A stretch of 59,657 nucleotides of DNA, counting the filler, from Pseudomonadota bacterium (GTDB taxonomy: Bacteria; Bdellovibrionota_F; JAHFAK01; JBDREC01), in NCBI GenBank assembly GCA_043820105.1. It is 4 parts of 4 records of this genome, joined end to end, with 100 filler letters (N's around TTAATTAATTAA, not from the genome) between each part and the next. Parts side by side here need not be neighbours in the genome. Positions count along the whole stretch, not along the records: positions 39,331 to 59,657 come from JBDREC010000105.1; 3 more parts are not named here. The stretch is one strand, 5' to 3'. The notes under the pieces were generated by a model. That model was not told where the DNA came from, searched no databases, and saw only the letters and a program-made list of their open reading frames with translations. Below, piece after piece: positions 40,027 through 50,388 of the stretch (position 1 is the first letter of the stretch; each line of letters opens with the position of its first letter). A program made the position numbers and the translations under genes.

Positions 40027-42345
40027 TTAATTTTCTTTTAAAGCTTTTAAAACCTTTTCTGGAGAATAAGGTGGTTCCTTTAAACGAATACCACAGGCAT
40101 TAAAAATCGCATTTGATATAACTGATTGAGCTCCATTTATACAAAGTTCAGACACAGATTTTGCTCCAAATGGACCTGTTTCTTCATAAGTTGGAACTAA
40201 GATTGTTTTTAACTCAGGTAAATCACGAGTTGTGAATATTTTATAGCGCTTGAAATTATCATTTAACATTTTACCTTTGTCGTTAAAAACATATTCTTCT
40301 GTAAGAGCATAAGAAATTGCGTTTAGAACCCCACCCTCAGTTTGACCTTCTGCCAATTGTGGATTAATTGGCGTACCACAGTCAACAGCAGCAATATACT
40401 TTAAAACCGTTACAAAACCTGTTTCAGTGTCAACCTCCACTTCAGCAAAATGAGCAGAAAAAGGAGGGGGTGATTTATATGAAATACTAGATTCAACAGC
40501 TGCGATCTGATGCTGATCTTGAGCGTAAAGAGCATCCAGGCAAATATCTGCAAAAGTGACAGCATTTTTATTGTCTGAGGTGCATACTCTTCCATCACCT
40601 ACAATTAATGCTTCTTCAGTAACATCAAGCAGCAAAGAAGCCCTCGCAAGAATCTGTTTTTTAATCTTTTCAGCTGTTTTTATAACTGCATTACCAGTAA
40701 GATAAGTTGTGCTTGAAGCATAAGCCCCAACATCAAAAGGAGTCATATCTGTATCTGAGGAATACACTGTAAAGTCTTCACATGAACATCCAATAGTATC
40801 AGCCGCTATTTGAGCCATAATCGTATCAGATCCTGTTCCCAAATCAGTTGCACCAAGATTAAGGTTAAATGATCCATCATCATTCATTTTAATAAAACAA
40901 GAACCCATGTCAATGTGAGGAATAGATGAACCTTGCATTAAGGCAACAACACCAACTCCTCTTTTTATTGGTCCCTTGTCTTTTCTTGAGTATTTTTCAT
41001 TCCAATTGATTTCTTTAGCACCTAATTCTAAACATTCCGCTAAACCACAGCTTCCCATAACTTGCTTAACACCTTCTCGGCCTTCACCAAAAATCTCAAA
41101 TAAAGGTGTTGTTTCACCTGTCTTAATATGATTGATTTCTCTAAGTTTTACGGGGTCCATATTCATTTTATGAGCTAGTTCATCCATAACACATTCCATA
41201 GCCAGGCAAGCTTGAGTTACGCCATAACCTCTATAAGCTCCACCAACTGGTAGATTTGTATAAACTGTTGTTGCTTCATAGTAAACATGATCACAAGGAT
41301 ATAATGGCAGAGTCTTGCTTCCATTGTTTGTGGCAACAGTCAAGGCATGAGAACCATAGGCACCAGTATTACTTAAAATCTTCATGCTCATGGCTTCTAT
41401 TTTTCCCATAGAATTAGCACCTAGTTTTACCTCAATATTCATTGGATGCCTGGTTCTGGATGAAACAAATTCTTCGCTTCTGGTCATAAAAAGCCTAACT
41501 GGCTTCCTTGATTTTAAGGTCAGGGCAGCAGCAACTTGCTCGTAAAAAACTTCTTGTTTAGCTCCAAAGCCGCCACCAATTCGTGGTTTAATAACCCTAA
41601 TATTTTTAACTGGAATATTTAAAGCACTTGAAACGATTCTTCTAACATGAAAAGGAACTTGTGTTGAGGTCCTAATTATCATTCTTCCCATTTCATCGTA
41701 ATATGTAATGCAGGTGTGGGGTTCAATAGGAGTATGCTGTGCATATTGAGACTTATATAAACCTTCAGCTTTGTATTTACACTCAGAATAAGCCTTATCA
41801 AAATCGCCCAATGAAGCCTCTTTATATGAAGCTATATTTTTCTTGGGATTAAAACCAATTGGAAAAAGCTCCATAGCCTCTTCTTCATCATGAATAATTG
41901 GCGCTCCATCATCCATAGCTTTTTCTAAATCTAAAACAGCATCTAAAACTTCATAATCAACTTCAATTAATGAAAGTGCTTTTATTGCAATTTCCTCAGT
42001 TTCAGCTGCTACTGCTGCAACTCTATCACCAACAAATCTAACCTTCTTGTCAAAAACAAAAGTATCATAAGGAGAAGGTTCTGGATAACCCTGACCAGCA
42101 GTTGTATGAACAATTCGAGGAACAGACCTAAAATCAACAACAGCATGAACTCCAGGAAGGGCTTCTGCTTTTGCTGTATCTATCCTTTTAATAATAGCAT
42201 GAGCATGTGGAGAATATAATATTTTTCCATAAAGCATTCCTCGAAGTTCAATATCATCCACAAACATTGGTTTGCCGGCTGCTAAAGCATAACCATCAAC
42301 TTTTTTAACACTGTGTCCAACATTTTTCCAATCTTTATTAATCAT
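40027..42345 (-). CDS. Xanthine dehydrogenase-family molybdopterin-binding subunit (XdhD-like)
   Basis: TSTQVPF, IGGGFGAK, GAYRGYG, DLGTG, GAKSVSE. Confidence 0.93.
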   Translation of the reverse strand: MINKDWKNVGHSVKKVDGYALAAGKPMFVDDIELRGMLYGKILYSPHAHAIIKRIDTAKAEALPGVHAVVDFRSVPRIVHTTAGQGYPEPSPYDTFVFDKKVRFVGDRVAAVAAETEEIAIKALSLIEVDYEVLDAVLDLEKAMDDGAPIIHDEEEAMELFPIGFNPKKNIASYKEASLGDFDKAYSECKYKAEGLYKSQYAQHTPIEPHTCITYYDEMGRMIIRTSTQVPFHVRRIVSSALNIPVKNIRVIKPRIGGGFGAKQEVFYEQVAAALTLKSRKPVRLFMTRSEEFVSSRTRHPMNIEVKLGANSMGKIEAMSMKILSNTGAYGSHALTVATNNGSKTLPLYPCDHVYYEATTVYTNLPVGGAYRGYGVTQACLAMECVMDELAHKMNMDPVKLREINHIKTGETTPLFEIFGEGREGVKQVMGSCGLAECLELGAKEINWNEKYSRKDKGPIKRGVGVVALMQGSSIPHIDMGSCFIKMNDDGSFNLNLGATDLGTGSDTIMAQIAADTIGCSCEDFTVYSSDTDMTPFDVGAYASSTTYLTGNAVIKTAEKIKKQILARASLLLDVTEEALIVGDGRVCTSDNKNAVTFADICLDALYAQDQHQIAAVESSISYKSPPPFSAHFAEVEVDTETGFVTVLKYIAAVDCGTPINPQLAEGQTEGGVLNAISYALTEEYVFNDKGKMLNDNFKRYKIFTTRDLPELKTILVPTYEETGPFGAKSVSELCINGAQSVISNAIFNACGIRLKEPPYSPEKVLKALKEN

Positions 42346-42346
42346 T

Positions 42347-42817
42347 TTATTCTGACCCTCCCTTCAGATATTCACTTGCTTTTTTGACTGCATCAATAAC
42401 TTTAACATATCCTGTACATCTGCAAAGATTTCCATCAAGCTCTCGCTTAATCTCTAATTCAGTGGGATTTGGATTTTCCTTTAATAGTGCATAAGTTGTT
42501 AAAATCATGCCTGGAGTACAATAACCACACTGGACAGCACCTGATTCAACAAAAGCTTTTTGAATTTCATTTGGCTCATGAGCGCTTCCGATTCCTTCAA
42601 TAGTTGTAATTTCACAACCAGCAACAGCGGCAGTGTACAATATACAAGAATTGTGTGGCTTGCCATCAACTAAAACAGTACAGGCACCGCAAAGACCATC
42701 ATCACAACCTTTTTTAGCACCCAAATAACCATTGGCCCTTAAAAAATCCAAAAGATTCACATTCGCATCTATCTCATAATCTTTTTTTTCACCATTTATA
42801 GATAAATTAATTTTCAT
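42347..42817 (-). CDS. Xanthine dehydrogenase-family 2x[2Fe-2S] subunit
   Basis: GCDDGLCGAC, QCGYCTPG, GNLCRCTGY. Confidence 0.95.
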   Translation of the reverse strand: MKINLSINGEKKDYEIDANVNLLDFLRANGYLGAKKGCDDGLCGACTVLVDGKPHNSCILYTAAVAGCEITTIEGIGSAHEPNEIQKAFVESGAVQCGYCTPGMILTTYALLKENPNPTELEIKRELDGNLCRCTGYVKVIDAVKKASEYLKGGSE

Positions 42818-43643
42818 TTGAAAACTCCTCTAATGTTCTTTTAACATAAACTTGAATAAGTTCTTTTCTGTATTCAGCATTAGCCCTAAAGTCAGATAAT
42901 GTTTGAACTTCTTCTTTTGCTCGTAAAGATGCTTTTTCAATATTGGCGACCCCCAATCCATTCGCAATAATTGTATCCTCGCAACTTCTGCATCTAACAG
43001 GCTTTGCTGTGCAACCTCCGACAACGACTCTTATTTTTCGAATTTTACTGTTTTCATCAGAATCTAACAAAATGGCTGAGGTAAAAATCGCATAATCATT
43101 TTTGGTTTTAGCGAATTTAATAAACTTAGTTTTTATTTTAGAAGAAACCCTAGGAATAATTACCTTTGTAATAATCCCATAATCACCTGCTGGATTTTCA
43201 ATAAAATCTAAAATGCACATTTTTTTCAAGGTTCCATCAAAAACCTCCACTAAAGCGTCAAGAGCCATTAAAGCAACTGGCAAATCTGACCAGGAAAATA
43301 TTTGAGCCAGGTTTCCACCAATAGTAATTGCATTTCTCAATTGATTGGTACCAATAAAACAACCAGCATCTATTAAAAGCTGAAGTTCTTCTTTCTTTAA
43401 TAGCTGTGATTTATATATTTCATTTGCTGTAACATTAGCTCCAATTTCAATTGAATCATCAAAAATTCCAATTTCCTTCATTGGAATCTTCTTTAAATTA
43501 ATTAGCTGCTCAATTTTTGCTGAGCGACTAAAATAAAGACTTGTGCAACCAGAAACATAAGCTGAAGTTTCACTATGTTCTTTTTTTAGCGCATAAGCTT
43601 CTTCAACACTTGTAGGATGAAAAACATTTTTAATAGGGTTCAT
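42807..43643 (-). CDS. Xanthine dehydrogenase-family FAD-binding subunit
   Basis: QLRNAITIGGN, SDLPVALMAL, DFRANAEYR. Confidence 0.92.
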   Translation of the reverse strand: MNPIKNVFHPTSVEEAYALKKEHSETSAYVSGCTSLYFSRSAKIEQLINLKKIPMKEIGIFDDSIEIGANVTANEIYKSQLLKKEELQLLIDAGCFIGTNQLRNAITIGGNLAQIFSWSDLPVALMALDALVEVFDGTLKKMCILDFIENPAGDYGIITKVIIPRVSSKIKTKFIKFAKTKNDYAIFTSAILLDSDENSKIRKIRVVVGGCTAKPVRCRSCEDTIIANGLGVANIEKASLRAKEEVQTLSDFRANAEYRKELIQVYVKRTLEEFSNEN

Positions 43644-43655
43644 TTTTTACTTCCT

Positions 43656-45059
43656 CTACTTTCTTTTTAAAAAATTTATTCCTGAATTTTTTTCTGCTCT
43701 ATCAAGCATTTCTTTTGCTTTTTTATTCATCATCTCTGTTAATTCTAAAGTATCAAAATTAATAATTTTTTTGTTTTCCACTAGCAGCTTTCCATTAACA
43801 ATCACATATTCAGCTCTTGTATCATGGCCACAAAATAGCAAGGCTGCTAAAGGGTCAGATAAGCTTCCTGCATAGGCTAAATCATCTAATTTGAAAATTG
43901 CAATATCTGCTGCCATTCCTTTTTTAAGCTGACCAATATCTTTTCTATTAAAAATAGAAGCTCCGCCTGTTGTCGCAATTTGCAAAGCTTTTCTTGCTGG
44001 CATTGACTCAACAGAAGTGCCAATTCTATGAACAAGCATTGACATTTTAACTTCAGCTAGCAAGCTTGATGAATCATTTGATGCTGATCCATCTACAGCT
44101 ATGCCAACTTTGCCGCCCATTTCAAGAAATTGAGGGATTTTTGCAATACCAGAACCTAATCTTAAATTTGAAACAGGACAGTGAGCAATGCCAGTCCCAG
44201 CTTCTGCTAAAACTTTTAATTCATCCTCATTAAAATGAATACCATGAGCGTACCACACATCATTGCCAAGCCAATCAACAGATTCCATATACTTAAGGGG
44301 GCGCATCCCTAAGTTTGAAATACAATAATCTTCTTCATCCATTGTTTCACAAAGATGAGTGTGTAGAAGTACATTCTTCTTTCTAGCCAATTCAGCAGTT
44401 TGTTTCATTAGCTCAGGAGTAACTGAAAAAGGTGAACATGGAGCAAGTGAAACTCTACACATAGAAAAATCACTTGAATCATGATACTGGTTGATCAATC
44501 TTTCAGAATCAGTTAGAATCTCATCTTCAGTCTGAATTACATCATCAGGGGGTAATCCTCCCTGAGATTTTCCTCTGCTCATACTTCCACGAGTTGCATT
44601 AAATCTAATGCCCATTTCTTGAGCAGCCTTTATTTCAACATCAATAAGATTTTTAGCTCCCTTTGGAAATAAATAAAGATGATCAGATGTTGTTGTACAA
44701 CCAGTTAACAAAAGCTCTGCAATTCCAGCTTTTGCGCTAATATAAAAGCCCTCTTCATCAATTTCCCTCCAAAGCTCATATAAATTGGTAAGCCAATCAA
44801 AAAGCTTAGCATCTTGCACCAAAGGTATAGCTCTTGTAAGAGTCTGATATAAATGATGATGAGTGTTAATTAAGCCTGGCAAAACAAGACATCCTGTTGC
44901 ATCAATAACCCTTGCCGCTTCGAATTCAAGGTCAAGTCCAGTTCCAATTGCTATTATTTTATTGTCTTTTATAGCAAGCTGCCCATTAACAATTTCCCTA
45001 TCATCATCCATTGTTGCAAGTAACAAAGAATTTTTTATTAAAATATCTACTTTTTCCAT
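43656..45059 (-). CDS. Amidohydrolase, 8-oxoguanine deaminase/AtzB-like
   Basis: PGLINTHHHLYQTLTR, PCSPFSV, HTHLCE, HCPVSNLRLGSG, VDGSASND. Confidence 0.9.
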   Translation of the reverse strand: MEKVDILIKNSLLLATMDDDREIVNGQLAIKDNKIIAIGTGLDLEFEAARVIDATGCLVLPGLINTHHHLYQTLTRAIPLVQDAKLFDWLTNLYELWREIDEEGFYISAKAGIAELLLTGCTTTSDHLYLFPKGAKNLIDVEIKAAQEMGIRFNATRGSMSRGKSQGGLPPDDVIQTEDEILTDSERLINQYHDSSDFSMCRVSLAPCSPFSVTPELMKQTAELARKKNVLLHTHLCETMDEEDYCISNLGMRPLKYMESVDWLGNDVWYAHGIHFNEDELKVLAEAGTGIAHCPVSNLRLGSGIAKIPQFLEMGGKVGIAVDGSASNDSSSLLAEVKMSMLVHRIGTSVESMPARKALQIATTGGASIFNRKDIGQLKKGMAADIAIFKLDDLAYAGSLSDPLAALLFCGHDTRAEYVIVNGKLLVENKKIINFDTLELTEMMNKKAKEMLDRAEKNSGINFLKRK

Positions 45060-45399
45060 CAATTTCTTTCCATTATTAATAATTTGAATTAATAGACTGG
45101 ATATAATGTGTTTTTTAAAAATGCAAAATAAAAATGCCCTTTTTAAAATAACTTCCCTGAGATTTTCCTATATAAAAAATACACATCTTGATGTATTATT
45201 AAGACTGTTAATTTTACTTATACTTGGAAAATAGCGCGGTGAGATCAAGGCCAAAATTCCGCAGGGAATTTTGAGCCGTCTTTTTTTGAAATGAAGACAC
45301 GATTTCCTTTTCTAAAATCAGGCAAGTGTGCCCCCCCTTTTTTCATTTGACTTTTTTACCAAGTGAGTCCAAGGAAGGCCTTGAAATTAAAAGAAAACA

Positions 45400-46995
45400 G
45401 TGGGAGATAAGCATTTGAAAAATAAATTTGAAATAGTAATTGAAGACAACCTTGAGATAATGGATGCTGATCATCTATTGTCATTAAATAATCCTTTGGA
45501 AGTTATCCAAAAACTTCCATATAATACTCTTTACTTTACCATTAAAGAATGTGGCCCCAAAAAAGGACTTGACTTAGTAAGATATTCTTCAACAAAACAA
45601 ATCATTGGCTATATGGATCTTGATATCTGGAAGGCAGACCAAATAGAAGGTAAAAACTTAACCATGTGGTTATCATCCCTGTGCCAATGCGGAGTTGAGA
45701 AACTCAAAGGTGTTGTTGCAAAGATGGATTTTGAGCTGCTATCATATTACCTTTATGACTTAACACTTATTAGAGAAAATGATGATGATAATTATGCAAA
45801 TACTAATTGGGATGTCTCATTTTTAAGCCCAGATTTCGCTTTTATAATATCTTGCTTAGAAAATGCAAAAAGAACTACAATTCAAAAAGTTATTGAAGCC
45901 GTTTATTTTAATGATGTAAACACTGGTTTTAATACTTTATCACTTCTTTCACAAGCCGTAAAAGCCGAGCTTTTAGAAGATGCCTATTGCTTAAGAAACG
46001 CGAGACTTGCAGATATTGGAATGCTTGAATACGAAGAATCCATGCAAATATATAGGGTAAAAAACAAAAGAGAAAAAGATAAAATCTTAAAAACCATGGA
46101 TATTCAAAAATTGCCAGGGCAAAACTCAAACCTTCCTGTTTCCTTTGCCAAGCTTTTTGAAAACTCAAGTCCCTTAAAGGAATTATTGTCTAAAATAATA
46201 GACCAAGAAAAACTGGAAAGTTTTATTTTTCATATTGTTTGGCTATTAAATAAGGCAATCGCCGCCAATATCGCGAATCCATCTAATAAAAAAGATATTG
46301 ATTTGATAATGAATGAAACCTATTCAAATTTGTGTAATGGCATACAAATCCTAGAAGAAGATGGATTTACAAGTGAACAAATTTCCCAAATCAATCCACA
46401 GATAATTTTCACTGAAGGTTTCACAATTTTAGTACATTTAAAAAGCAAGTTAAGAAAAATATTAGCTTCAAATCTTTATAAAAAATTAAGTGAATATGAC
46501 ATTTCCCCTCTTAATGAGAAAGAAAGCGAAATCGCTAAAACCCTGAACAAACCTATTCCAAAACTTTACAATTATTCACAAAATAACAATTATAAAACAA
46601 TAGGAACTAAGCTTGAACACCTTCTGGATAAAATAAATTTTCTTGAAAATACTATTGAATGTAATTTGTCAGGACTAGAAAAAGTGGCTTTTACAAAATG
46701 TAATATCGATCCCAATAATCTTAGCTTTGAAACAATTATACTTACTTTGTGGATAAAACACAGATTGCATGGCAATAACACACTCGAACCTATAAACAGT
46801 GATGATCTGTCTGTATTTATTAATAAATACTTTAAAAGTCCAGAAACCGAAATTCAAAACATCCAAACAAAATTTCCAGATATTTCTTTACTAATAATAA
46901 AAATCTTCACAGAGCAATTAACACAACTTCAACAAATAGCCCATAACAAGATATTGGACACAAGATTTATTGACATTATATGGATGTATTTATAA
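45400..46995 (+). CDS. DUF6178-like protein
   Basis: LYFTIKECG...Q...DLDIW and LLEDAY.LR.ARLADIG patterns recalled from this deltaproteobacterial family. Confidence 0.65.
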   Translation: MGDKHLKNKFEIVIEDNLEIMDADHLLSLNNPLEVIQKLPYNTLYFTIKECGPKKGLDLVRYSSTKQIIGYMDLDIWKADQIEGKNLTMWLSSLCQCGVEKLKGVVAKMDFELLSYYLYDLTLIRENDDDNYANTNWDVSFLSPDFAFIISCLENAKRTTIQKVIEAVYFNDVNTGFNTLSLLSQAVKAELLEDAYCLRNARLADIGMLEYEESMQIYRVKNKREKDKILKTMDIQKLPGQNSNLPVSFAKLFENSSPLKELLSKIIDQEKLESFIFHIVWLLNKAIAANIANPSNKKDIDLIMNETYSNLCNGIQILEEDGFTSEQISQINPQIIFTEGFTILVHLKSKLRKILASNLYKKLSEYDISPLNEKESEIAKTLNKPIPKLYNYSQNNNYKTIGTKLEHLLDKINFLENTIECNLSGLEKVAFTKCNIDPNNLSFETIILTLWIKHRLHGNNTLEPINSDDLSVFINKYFKSPETEIQNIQTKFPDISLLIIKIFTEQLTQLQQIAHNKILDTRFIDIIWMYL

Positions 46996-47034
46996 ACTTT
47001 CATTTTTAAAAATCAAAGGTATAAAAGGTATAAA

Positions 47035-47547
47035 ATGTTAAGACCAAATCAAAAAACAGGTATTTTAATAGACGCAGAAAATGTTGAAACATCTGCTGCA
47101 AAAGTTTATAAGGCAAAATTAAATTATAAGACCATAGTTGAGCGTTTAAAAGATAGAAAGTTAGTAAAATGTCTTTATTATAAACCAGAATACCTGTCAA
47201 TTACCAAAGAAACTGAAGACTATATTGTGAAAATTGGTGGTGAAATTAAACAACCACAAAAAAATGTTGATTTATACTTGGCAGTTGATGCAGTTACTCT
47301 AGCAGATAAGCTAGATGTTTATATTTTAGTTGGTGGTGATAAAGACTATGCACCTTTAGTTTGGTATCTTAAATCAAAAGGATGTACAGTTGAAATTTGG
47401 GCATTCCCAGATTCAACTGCAAATGAATTAATAGAAGTAGCTGATAACTATGTGCCTCTTGATGAGAGCTTTTTGATTTCAGAAAATAAAAAACTGGATA
47501 TTAACAAGCCTAGAAAGCCATTTAGAAGGAAAAATATAAGGAATTAA
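47035..47547 (+). CDS. NYN (LabA/DUF88) PIN-fold protein
   Basis: IDAEN, KNVDLYLAVD, GGDKDYAPL. Confidence 0.9.
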   Translation: MLRPNQKTGILIDAENVETSAAKVYKAKLNYKTIVERLKDRKLVKCLYYKPEYLSITKETEDYIVKIGGEIKQPQKNVDLYLAVDAVTLADKLDVYILVGGDKDYAPLVWYLKSKGCTVEIWAFPDSTANELIEVADNYVPLDESFLISENKKLDINKPRKPFRRKNIRN

Positions 47548-47557
47548 CTTATAGCCA

Positions 47558-49168
47558 ATGAAATTGAAAAAAAACCTCCAAACATATTGTTATTTCTATT
47601 TGGCAATCATTATTTCTATGCTTTATGCCTGTACTCTTCAAAAACAAGATAAGCTTAAAAATAATTCCTCCTATAATTCAGAATTCAATGTAAGCATAGG
47701 CAATGAGCCAGAATCCATTGATCCTGCTAAAATAGTTGGAACAATTGGCATGGATATAGCTATAAATATTTTTGAAGGCCTGACAACTCATGACCCAAGA
47801 ACTTTAAATCGGGTTCCTGGTATAGCCCAATCCTGGTCAGTTTCTGAAGACGCCACACAATATATTTTTCAATTAAGAAAAAATGCAATTTGGACTGATG
47901 GCAAACCAGTAACAGCTTTGGATTTTATTAGTTCATGGGAACGAGTCCTTAATCCAAAAACTTCTTCTGCATATGCTTTTTTAATGTATTCCATCAAAGG
48001 AGCAAGAGAATATAATCAGGGTAAATATAATGACTTTTCCAAAGTTTCCATTAAAGCAATTGATCATTTCACCTTGCAAGTAGACCTTGTTAAACCAACA
48101 CATTATTTTTTAGATCTAACCTCATTTGTTACCTTTTTACCAATTAGAATAGATATTATAAATAAGTATCAAGATAATTGGACAAAGCCAGAAAATATTA
48201 TCACAAATGGTCCTTTTAGACTTACAAGTTGGCAGCCAAACCAAAAACTAACAATTGAAAAATCGCCCAGATACTGGGATAGCGATTTCGTTAGAATGAG
48301 CAGAATCAATTTTCATATTGTAGAAGATGTAAATACAGAAGAAAAAATGTTTCAAACAGGCGCTTTAGATATGACAAGCCAAATACTTGGAATCAAAATT
48401 GATAAGCATCTCAAAAACCCAGAGTTTCATTATTCTCCCTTTTTAGGTAATTTATTTATTCGCTTTAATACAACAAAAAAGCCATTTAATGATATTAAAG
48501 TGAGAAAAGCTTTTTCATTAGCTATTGATAGAGATAAGCTATGTAAATTTGTAGCCAAAGGAAGGGTTCCTGCCTATTCTCTTACACCACCAGGCATTGA
48601 AGACTATTCTCCTCCGAATGTCATTGAATACGATATCGAAAAAGCAAAAGCTCTGCTCAAAGAAGCAGGCTATGAAAATGGCAAAGATTTTCCAGAGTTC
48701 GAAATTCTTTATAATACCGAACAAGATATTAAAAAAATTATGCTCGCGATTCAGGAAATGTGGAAAAAAAATCTGGGCATTGATGTAACACTGATCAATC
48801 AAGAATGGAAAGTATATTTATCAAATCTATTCAGGATGAACTTTGATTTAGTTAGGTCAAGCTGGATTGGTGATTACTTAGATCCGAATACCTTCCTAGA
48901 TTTATGGGTTTCCAAAGGTGATAATAATTTAACAGCTTGGTCTAATTTAAACTTCGATAAACTAATAGAAGAAGCAAGCATTGAAGTAAACCCTCGCAAT
49001 AGATTTAATTTACTAAAAAAAGCTGAAAAAATTCTTCTTGAAGAAATGCCAATTATTCCTATATACTATTACACTTCACAGTTTTTGTTAAAAGCTAATG
49101 TTAAAGGAATATATCCAAATCTTAAAAATTTACATCCATTAAAATATGTTTTTTTTGAGTCACAATAA
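47558..49168 (+). CDS. oppA: Oligopeptide ABC transporter substrate-binding lipoprotein
   Basis: Lipobox LYAC, IDPA, FEGL, WTDGKPVTALDF, NGPF, WIGDYLDP. Confidence 0.9.
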   Translation: MKLKKNLQTYCYFYLAIIISMLYACTLQKQDKLKNNSSYNSEFNVSIGNEPESIDPAKIVGTIGMDIAINIFEGLTTHDPRTLNRVPGIAQSWSVSEDATQYIFQLRKNAIWTDGKPVTALDFISSWERVLNPKTSSAYAFLMYSIKGAREYNQGKYNDFSKVSIKAIDHFTLQVDLVKPTHYFLDLTSFVTFLPIRIDIINKYQDNWTKPENIITNGPFRLTSWQPNQKLTIEKSPRYWDSDFVRMSRINFHIVEDVNTEEKMFQTGALDMTSQILGIKIDKHLKNPEFHYSPFLGNLFIRFNTTKKPFNDIKVRKAFSLAIDRDKLCKFVAKGRVPAYSLTPPGIEDYSPPNVIEYDIEKAKALLKEAGYENGKDFPEFEILYNTEQDIKKIMLAIQEMWKKNLGIDVTLINQEWKVYLSNLFRMNFDLVRSSWIGDYLDPNTFLDLWVSKGDNNLTAWSNLNFDKLIEEASIEVNPRNRFNLLKKAEKILLEEMPIIPIYYYTSQFLLKANVKGIYPNLKNLHPLKYVFFESQ

Positions 49169-49179
49169 AGGAAAATTGC

Positions 49180-50388
49180 ATGTTAGTTGATAAAATTAAA
49201 AAGTCATTGTTCATTGAAGCCGATGAAGCTCTCTTTTCAAGCCTAATACCTAAATTCAATTTAAGGAAATATGGCAAAGGTGACATAATCCTTAAAGAAG
49301 GCTTTAATGTTGAAAATTTATATCTCATAAATAAAGGCTTTGTTGATGCTATTATTATAGAAGAAAACAAAAAAATAAAAATCGCGGTCTTGACTGAAAA
49401 TGATGTTTTTGGTGAAATGGCGCTTATCAGTAATTTAAAAGCATCTGCAACTGTTGTTGCAACAGATGATGTTGAAATTTATGAAATTAAATCAAATGAC
49501 TTTCTTGAAGCCATAAATACAGATAAAGATTTAAAACAATCTTTCTATGAATCAATCCTACAGACTCTTACAAAAAGATTAAGATTAACAAGTGCAAACT
49601 ATGCAATGAATGACTACCTCTTAAAAATCATTAAAGATAAAAACTACCAACTGAGCCAACTCAACACAAAACTAACAGAGGTTTCCAAGCAAAAAGATTA
49701 TTACCTTGGAATAGCTGCACATGACATAAGAAATCCGATTTCTGTTGTACTTGTTTATCTATCACTCCTTTGTGATGGAAATTATGGACATTTAAATGAT
49801 GAAGGCATGCATATAATTTCCAGAATATCAAAAGAAATGTATGCTTTGACAAACCTTCTAAATGACCTTTTAGATGTGTCTCAGATTGAATCAGGAAATA
49901 TAATTCTAAATAAATCAGAAGTGAATTTTTTAAAACTTGTTCAAGACTCTGTTGATTTTCACAATATCACTGCTTCTAAAAAAGAAATTAAAATAAACGT
50001 TGAATCACAGATTAATGAAGCAATTCTAGTAAACATGGATAAAACAAAAATTACTTCTGTACTAAATAACTTATTTTCAAATGCAATAAAATACTCAAAT
50101 AGAAATAGTGAAGTATTTAGTACAGTTAAAGCTGATCAAGATTATGCCTATCTTATAATAAAAGACTCTGGAGTAGGCATAAAAGATGTAGATAGAGATA
50201 ATATTTTTAAACCTTTTGCCAGAACCAATACAAAACCAACAGAAGGTGAAAAATCAACACGCCTTGGACTTTCCATCACAAAAAAAATCTTACTTGCCCA
50301 TGATGGCGAGATTTGGTTTGAAAGTAAAGAAGGAGAAGGTTCAAGCTTTTCAATAAAACTACCATTAGGAGAAAAAAAGAATGGATAA
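49180..50388 (+). CDS. Soluble sensor histidine kinase with N-terminal cyclic-nucleotide-binding domain
   Basis: FGEMAL cNMP motif; H-box AHDIRNP, N-box NAIKY, G1 DSGVGI. Confidence 0.92.
   Translation: MLVDKIKKSLFIEADEALFSSLIPKFNLRKYGKGDIILKEGFNVENLYLINKGFVDAIIIEENKKIKIAVLTENDVFGEMALISNLKASATVVATDDVEIYEIKSNDFLEAINTDKDLKQSFYESILQTLTKRLRLTSANYAMNDYLLKIIKDKNYQLSQLNTKLTEVSKQKDYYLGIAAHDIRNPISVVLVYLSLLCDGNYGHLNDEGMHIISRISKEMYALTNLLNDLLDVSQIESGNIILNKSEVNFLKLVQDSVDFHNITASKKEIKINVESQINEAILVNMDKTKITSVLNNLFSNAIKYSNRNSEVFSTVKADQDYAYLIIKDSGVGIKDVDRDNIFKPFARTNTKPTEGEKSTRLGLSITKKILLAHDGEIWFESKEGEGSSFSIKLPLGEKKNG

Noticed and set aside
40027-45059. Xdh-family operon with deaminase as a novel system
   Set aside because: Conventional three-subunit molybdenum hydroxylase plus amidohydrolase for purine catabolism; substrate uncertain but architecture ordinary.
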